Below, piece by piece: positions 25,468 to 25,646 of a stretch of 25,646 bases of DNA; position 1 is the first letter of the stretch, and every line of letters begins with the position of its first letter. This DNA is from Anaerolineae bacterium (GTDB lineage: Bacteria; Chloroflexota; Anaerolineae; B4-G1; DUEL01), in contig JBDOIF010000120.1 in assembly GCA_041082215.1 (NCBI GenBank), forward strand, positions 62,001 to 87,646. Reading direction: 5' to 3'. A program made the translations under genes and the position numbers. The notes beneath the pieces are model-generated. The model searched no databases. It was not told where the DNA came from and saw only the letters and a program-made list of their open reading frames with translations.

Positions 25468-25646
25468 ATGGCCTGGATAAATGTTCTGGAGGAAGACCGC
25501 CTGCCCGAGGGGGCGCGGGAGGTGGTGGAAGTGGATGGCGCCCCGGTGCTGCTCATCCGGCACAGGGGCGAGGTTTTTGCCGTCGCGGCTCGCTGCCCCC
25601 ATATGGGCGCTCCGCTAAAGAACGGCCGGATCACCGACGACGGCTT
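25468..25646 (+). CDS. Rieske [2Fe-2S] ferredoxin-like protein (truncated by window end)
   Basis: Manual translation MAWINVLEEDRLPEGAREVVEVDGAPVLLIRHRGEVFAVAARCPHMGAPLKNG shows the first Rieske box CPHMG. AGGAG RBS upstream. Confidence 0.85.
   Translation, partial: MAWINVLEEDRLPEGAREVVEVDGAPVLLIRHRGEVFAVAARCPHMGAPLKNGRITDDG

Noticed and set aside
23204..25602. Minus-strand ORFs 23204-24466 and 24520-25602
   Set aside because: Antisense to carH and the TIGR01777 gene, with no motifs.

Overview
High-GC bacterial DNA, most likely Chloroflexota/Anaerolineae. That assignment is inferred from the GT-C gene array, a C-terminal YLPLILR tag and heptamer micro-repeats. Bases 1-23055 hold a minus-strand array of nine GT-C-fold (polyprenyl-phosphate-sugar-dependent) membrane glycosyltransferases of several subfamilies (ArnT/PMT-like, YfhO-like, DUF2723/TMEM260-like). 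Seven carry copies of one extracytoplasmic C-terminal module. They form two operons, several junctions being translationally coupled, each headed by a similar near-leaderless sigma70 promoter. Between the operons lie a secreted beta-helix/PKD protein gene and a GTAG-REP palindrome. Three of the GT-C genes (13299-20131) are visibly lower in GC and are bracketed by a ~190 bp direct repeat: one copy lies inside the intact DUF2723 gene, the other is decayed. This suggests cassette acquisition by homologous recombination. All four GGCC sites are mutated in the decayed copy, a possible m5C footprint. Divergently, a CarH/LitR-type MerR-B12 regulator with an extra C-terminal domain, preceded by a three-repeat 11-bp TnnACA operator, heads an operon with a TIGR01777 oxidoreductase and a truncated Rieske ferredoxin. 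No RNA genes, CRISPR arrays, transposases or integrases were seen. All family calls come from motif recognition by eye, not database searches.
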